The notes under the pieces are model-generated. The model made no database searches and was not told the origin of the DNA. It saw nothing but the letters and a program-made list of their open reading frames with translations. Both the position numbers and the translations under genes were made by a program. DNA of 62,420 bases, filler included. It is 12 parts of 12 records of this genome, joined end to end, with 100 filler letters (N's around TTAATTAATTAA, not from the genome) between each part and the next. Parts side by side here need not be neighbours in the genome. Positions count along the whole stretch, not along the records: positions 57,771 to 62,420 come from SRR7504441_8024; 11 more parts are not named here. One strand, 5' to 3'. Below are positions 57,845-62,420 of this stretch, one piece after another (the first letter of the stretch is position 1; every line of letters begins with the position of its first letter).

Positions 57845-58735
57845 ATGGTAACTGCCTCACCCGGCTGCCGAAGCCGGGCACCTCCACCGAGTGGAACTCA
57901 CCACGGTGGTGCAGGGCGAGTGTCTGAGCATGGCGAAAGATCAGGTAAACAAGCAGATGGCCGGCGGAGGCAGTGGGCTCAGCGAAGCCGAGATTGCCGG
58001 GGCCCTGAAGGAGGCGCTCGAGCAGGGTGTGCGCTGGGCGGTGGAGTGCGGCAGCCAGGAGGACGGGTTCCTCAACAATCCGCTCATCCGCATCCCGTTC
58101 CCGCCCGAGCTACACGAGGTGGAAAGCAAGCTGCGGGACGCTGGAGTGGGACAGTTTGTTGACACGGTGGTCGAAAAGCTGAACGAAGCCGCCGAAAAAG
58201 CCGCTCAGCGGACGCTCGAAATCCTGGTGAACGCGGTGAAGAACATGTCCGTCAACGACGCTGCCAGCATTATCAAGGTGCCCGGGGCGGTAGTTGGTGG
58301 GCACAGCAGCTCGGCAGGGCGGCGAGAGCGCTTGCACCAAGTACCTTATTCAGACTTGTAGGGGACCGATCATCAACGAGATGCGGCCGATTGTTATCAA
58401 TGTACTGCGGACGTGCGGGTTGACCGTGGCCTGGGACGCTGTTAAGACAGCGTGGGCACCGATTCCCTCGGTGCGTCGCATGCTGACAGCCAGTGACTTG
58501 TCGTCTCGATTGGCAGATTCCGTTTGTCTGGGAGAAGCCTTCGATACCCAACGACTTGAACGAGTACGCACTCGGTAGAGCCGCAGATGGGCTGTTTACT
58601 CTATGCGAACAGAAGGAGAATGAGATACGTAAGTTCCGCTCGAGCCGTAGATTGGGGCTCACTTTCTGCCTAGGTGCTAACATCAGTGCTGCGGTGAGTG
58701 AGCTGGTGCGAAAGGTCTTCTCTGCCTTATTGTAA
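57845..58735 (+). CDS. DUF4197 family protein (bacterial-type) with four spliceosomal introns
   Basis: LSEAEIAGALKEALEQG..DGFLNNPLIRIPFPPEL..LRDAG...VD.....LNEAAEKA..ILVNAVKNMSVNDA..I..G...A.T.YL; DLNEY...RA.DGLF.....E.EIR.N....SELVRKVF. Confidence 0.85.
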
Positions 58736-58961
58736 TATTCAGTGGTCATGACCATGAGTAACACAATCATGCAGAGCGCTCAAGCTAGATTTGACAAGTT
58801 ATTAATAAAACTCGCACTCGTAATAATAATATATTTTGATTCTCTTAAACTTGTAAAAGCTTGGCGTGCTAAAGGTCCGAGCCGGACGCTAGCTCGGCGG
58901 CGCAGGTCTAACATGTCGTGAGCTGTGATTAATCTGTGATAGACTACACAGTCGCCGACGT

Positions 58962-59687
58962 CTAGAGTTGCTCCTCCGAACTAGGATCCGACCCGCCGCC
59001 ACCGCTTACTTTGTCAGCCGTGTACATGTAGTCTACGTCTTCGGCCCATCGGTTGTAGCGCTTGAACGAGATGTTACCCTTTGCGTCCTCAATCAGGTAA
59101 GCAAAGCAGAAGCAGCCATACTTTTCGCGGTGTGCAATATTCTTGTACAGGTCTGTCCAGCAACAACACAAGATGTCAAACAGCGGGTGACAGAAACGCG
59201 AGCAACAGCCGGGCTTGGAGTCTGCAGACGCGAGCGAAATCATGGTGCACGTCCCAACGTCTTCTGGTGTCACAATCTTAATGATCCCATTCTCGTGAAG
59301 TACGAGGTAGTAGCGCGCCGGATCGCTGGTCATACAGCACTTGTAGGTAGTGCACCCGGACCACTTTGCCGAGGGCGCTCGGACGACTGCGATGGCCGTG
59401 ACCGGCGAGCTGAACATCTCCGCCACGGCGTGTGTGAACTTGTCGGTACCGTGCCGCTTCAGATCGCAGGTGCAGAGCTCGGCCGCGTCCCCATCTAACT
59501 CCTTGGTGGGCGCGACCACCTCGAACGATTCAATTGGGTTCGGGTGGTCGTGGATCTCCCACGCCCCGACCAAGTCCTCCAGCGTGCCGCCCTTCTTGGC
59601 CCCTTCGAGGTGCTTCTTGAGCACGTCCAGCTGCACGCTGTCCACCACGCCTTCTTTCTCCGCAGGCGCCGGCTGCTGAGTGGCCAT
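58962..59687 (-). CDS. Hypothetical protein with Cys-rich segment
   Basis: Intronless ORF from ATG 59687 with strong GC3; contains GCCSRFCHPLFDILCCCW. Confidence 0.65.
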   Translation of the reverse strand: MATQQPAPAEKEGVVDSVQLDVLKKHLEGAKKGGTLEDLVGAWEIHDHPNPIESFEVVAPTKELDGDAAELCTCDLKRHGTDKFTHAVAEMFSSPVTAIAVVRAPSAKWSGCTTYKCCMTSDPARYYLVLHENGIIKIVTPEDVGTCTMISLASADSKPGCCSRFCHPLFDILCCCWTDLYKNIAHREKYGCFCFAYLIEDAKGNISFKRYNRWAEDVDYMYTADKVSGGGGSDPSSEEQL

Positions 59688-60006
59688 GGTCTGCCCCCCG
59701 CGGTGAGCGCTGGCCTGGGGCGGTGGGGTGTGGCGCGGGTGCAGCCAGGCGCGGGGGCGGGACACAGTGTTGTGCCGCGGGTGCTGGCTGCAGCCGAGAG
59801 GACGCGGCCCCGGCACCGGAGCGCCCAGAGCGGCCGGAGGGGGGAGGGGGGTGGGCTCGGCTAGGGCTGTGACGTGTACAGGCGGCGGCGGGCTCGCGTA
59901 TCACCACCGGGGAGGCAGAGGCGCACAACGGAAAGACCGGGCCGCACGGACACGAGTCATCTCCGCTGTGTGGGTACACACCACACGACTCACGGAGAGC
60001 AGCGGG

Positions 60007-61788
60007 ATGGTTGTCCTCACGCTGCCGATGATCGCTGAGATCACCAAGGGCGACCCTAAGAACGCGGCCCGGCTAAGCTTCAAGCAGCAGCAGCTCAGCG
60101 AGGTGGCCTCGATCTCGGTGTGCGCAGGGCTCAAGGGGCTCGATCTGAGCCAGAACCAACTCGCCGACCTGACAGTGCGCCCCAGCGACCGGGCAGACTC
60201 AGCCTGCTGCAGGAGGTGGCCGGCAACACCGAGCTACGCTTCCTGAAGATGGTCGAGAACAAACTCTGCGATACAATGGGACTGGGCCCTCTGAGCAAGC
60301 TGGAAGGTGCCTGGACCGAGGGGACGGGCTGAGCGGCGCGGGCAGTGCTGAACCTGGGCCACAACCAGATTACCCTCGTGTCCGGGCTGAGTAAGCTGGC
60401 GCAGCTCAAGGCGCCGGGTCAGCACAGCGGGGCGGCGAGTGTGCGGGGGCAGGCACTTATTCTTAACAATAACCGGATCCGGCAGCTCAAGGGGATGGCC
60501 AGCCTCGCCATGCTCAACACGCTCGGTAGATGGACGCTGGCCGGCGGATGAGCTTGGGGCAGTGGTCTCGCACAACGAGCTGACCAGCCTGGACAGTATT
60601 AAAGGCCTCACCAACCTAACTAAGATATCGGCGTCCGACAACCAGATCCGCAGTCTCGATTTTGTCCAGGTCTGCTCAAACTAGCTGCCAGCTGCGATCG
60701 GGCTGGCCAGGGGATGCACAAGCTGACGGAGCTACGCCTAAACCGGAACAAAGTGGTCTCAGTTCCGCAGCACCTTTCGCTCAACTCTAAGCTCAAGATT
60801 GTGGACCTGGGAGGCAACTTGCTCCAACGGTGCCCCCCTCTCCAGCCAGCCCCCGAGCTGGACGGCCAGGCTGGACCACATCGAGCCGCTCTGGCAGCTA
60901 CCGGAGCTAGTCCAACTTAATCTGCGCGGGAATACAGTCTCCGAGCTCGACGACTATGCTGAGCAGGCTGGGCGAGTCGTGGGGCCGAGGCTGAGGGGCG
61001 GGCAGCTGGGAGCGATGGCACCGCAGCTGCAGCAGCTGGATGGGCGGTTGCTGGTGATGCTGCCCTGGGCGTGCTGACAGTGGTGGCAGCACGGGCCGAA
61101 AGCTGAGAAGCGGGTGCGCAAGCCGGAAGGCGAGACGAGGGAAGTTGTGGCCAACAAGCGTCCTGGTGGCATGGGTCTCACAGTGGAACGATCGCGGATC
61201 GTATTTGGCAGCGACGACGAGGAGGCAGAGGAAGATCAACCGACCCAGCCTAAAACAGATCTTAAGCCCAAGAAACGCAAGAAGGCGGGTGAGTCCGGCG
61301 CAGCAAAGCCATAATGTACTCATCGATATGCAGGCTCGCGTCAGGACGAGGATCCTGCACGCACTGGGCTCGCTGCCGGCAAGCCGAACAGCACCGAGCA
61401 GGCTGGCCATCCTGCTGAATTGGCCAAGCCTGTCAAGAAGCGCAAGAAGGCTCAGAATCCAAGTGAGGATCCACCCCAAGTCGCAACGAAATCTACCAAA
61501 GAAGCTTCAGAGCCACCTTGTGGCGGGAATTCTGCAGCGCTGGAAGCTGAGCCTGCCCAGAAACGAAAGAAGAAGAAGCGCAACAAGAAACGGCCGGCAG
61601 ATAACGGGGACGCACTGGAGGAGAGCGCGCCTGCGGTGCTGAGTCAGCATCAGACCGTAATGCCCCAGTCCGGGGTAGTTAGTGTCAAATTTGCACACGA
61701 CATCGATTCGAAGGCCGTCAACACCGAATTCAGCCTTGAAGCATTGGATTCGGCCATAGGATCAGGAAATGCAGCGAGCGCTTGGTAG
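60007..61788 (+). CDS. SDS22-like leucine-rich-repeat protein with Lys-rich C-terminal tail; 9 introns
   Basis: Spliced LRRs LKGLDLSQNQL, LEVLNLGHNQI, LKALILNNNRI, LTELRLNRNKV, LVQLNLRGN; LRRcap-like PQLQQLDG; KKRKK clusters. Confidence 0.85.
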
Positions 61789-62243
61789 AGGATATCGATG
61801 ATTACATGAACAAATGTATGTTCAACAAGTAAAAATCTATATAAGTACATTTATTCAAAGTCGGGGCCATAAAGGCTCACAATCATAATCTAGAACAAAT
61901 GTATGTAAAAATCAGTAATTTTTGTCTTCGAGCTTCTGTGTCCAACTTTACGTACATAGGTTATACTTGTATGTCAATTTTGATGTACAGACTTTACGTA
62001 TGTTACTGTATGTCCAGACTTTACGTACAGTCTCTACATACTGAGTACGGCTGATGAAGTGCTAGCTTCCTATCTCTAACTAAGCCCAATCTCTGGGCCA
62101 CTGGGTGACCTTACATGTAAGGTTATACTTGCAATGACATTGTCATTTACTGTAATGTCCATGGTAATGACTTATGTCATACCAGTCGCACGAGTTCCAT
62201 GGTCATGCATGATGGTGTACAATCGTTAACTCTCTATTAGCTA

Positions 62244-62420
62244 CTATTCATCGTCGTCGTTGTCCTCCTCCTCCTCCCCTTCATCCTCCTCCGCCTCCGC
62301 TTCATCGTCCTTCTTGCTCTCGTCGTTTTGCGCCTGGTCCTCCGCGTTTGCCTCTTCCAACGTCTGCGAGGGCCCAATCGACGACCAGACCGAGGGCTGC
62401 GTCCCACTCGAGGAGATCAA
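62244..62420 (-). CDS. Acidic C-terminal fragment of an unknown protein
   Basis: ...EDQAQNDESKKDDEAEAEEDEGEEEEDNDDDE*; runs off the end of the window. Confidence 0.6.
   Translation of the reverse strand: MISSSGTQPSVWSSIGPSQTLEEANAEDQAQNDESKKDDEAEAEEDEGEEEEDNDDDE

Noticed and set aside
1..62420. tRNA, rRNA, snRNA, SECIS or CRISPR features, and a specific taxonomic assignment
   Set aside because: None was recognisable by eye. A covariance-model search and marker phylogeny would be needed, so I make no claim.

Overview
This is eukaryotic (protist-like), GC-rich, gene-dense nuclear DNA. It is not one locus: 12 short contigs are joined by 11 identical artificial 100-nt spacers (N44-TTAATTAATTAA-N44), so nothing can be inferred across a spacer. 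Most genes are split by very short spliceosomal introns (mostly 36-50 nt), which fragments the ORF track, so I spliced the genes by hand. Recognisable genes are CSN1, Rab GDI, acetolactate synthase small subunit, an ankyrin-RBR E3 ligase, a GH79 heparanase-like enzyme, a DUF4062/NACHT-like/TPR protein, a methyltransferase, an F-box/XPA-like protein, an Amt transporter, a DnaJ membrane protein, an FMO fragment, an aspartic protease, an SLC35B4-like transporter, a polycystin-like channel, a 2OG oxygenase-SEL1 protein, a degenerate myosin motor, a non-LTR RT fragment, an aldehyde oxidase/XDH-family enzyme, CDC26, a CEP44-like protein, an FKBP-JmjC fusion, a DUF4197 protein and an LRR protein. The most notable observations are: (1) an unusual mini-intron grammar, with a G-rich 3' end instead of a polypyrimidine tract, CTGAG branch-like motifs and several GC-AG introns; (2) a bacterial-type DUF4197 gene that has introns and an MGECLS acylation-like N-terminus; (3) mid-gene strand-switch junctions, including an ankyrin gene with an inverted 5' half (amplification chimera versus real scrambling); (4) key-residue variants in Amt, the aldehyde oxidase, the myosin and the NACHT-like protein; (5) head-to-head gene pairs whose start codons are mostly about 45-180 bp apart. 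All family assignments come from motif recall, not database searches.
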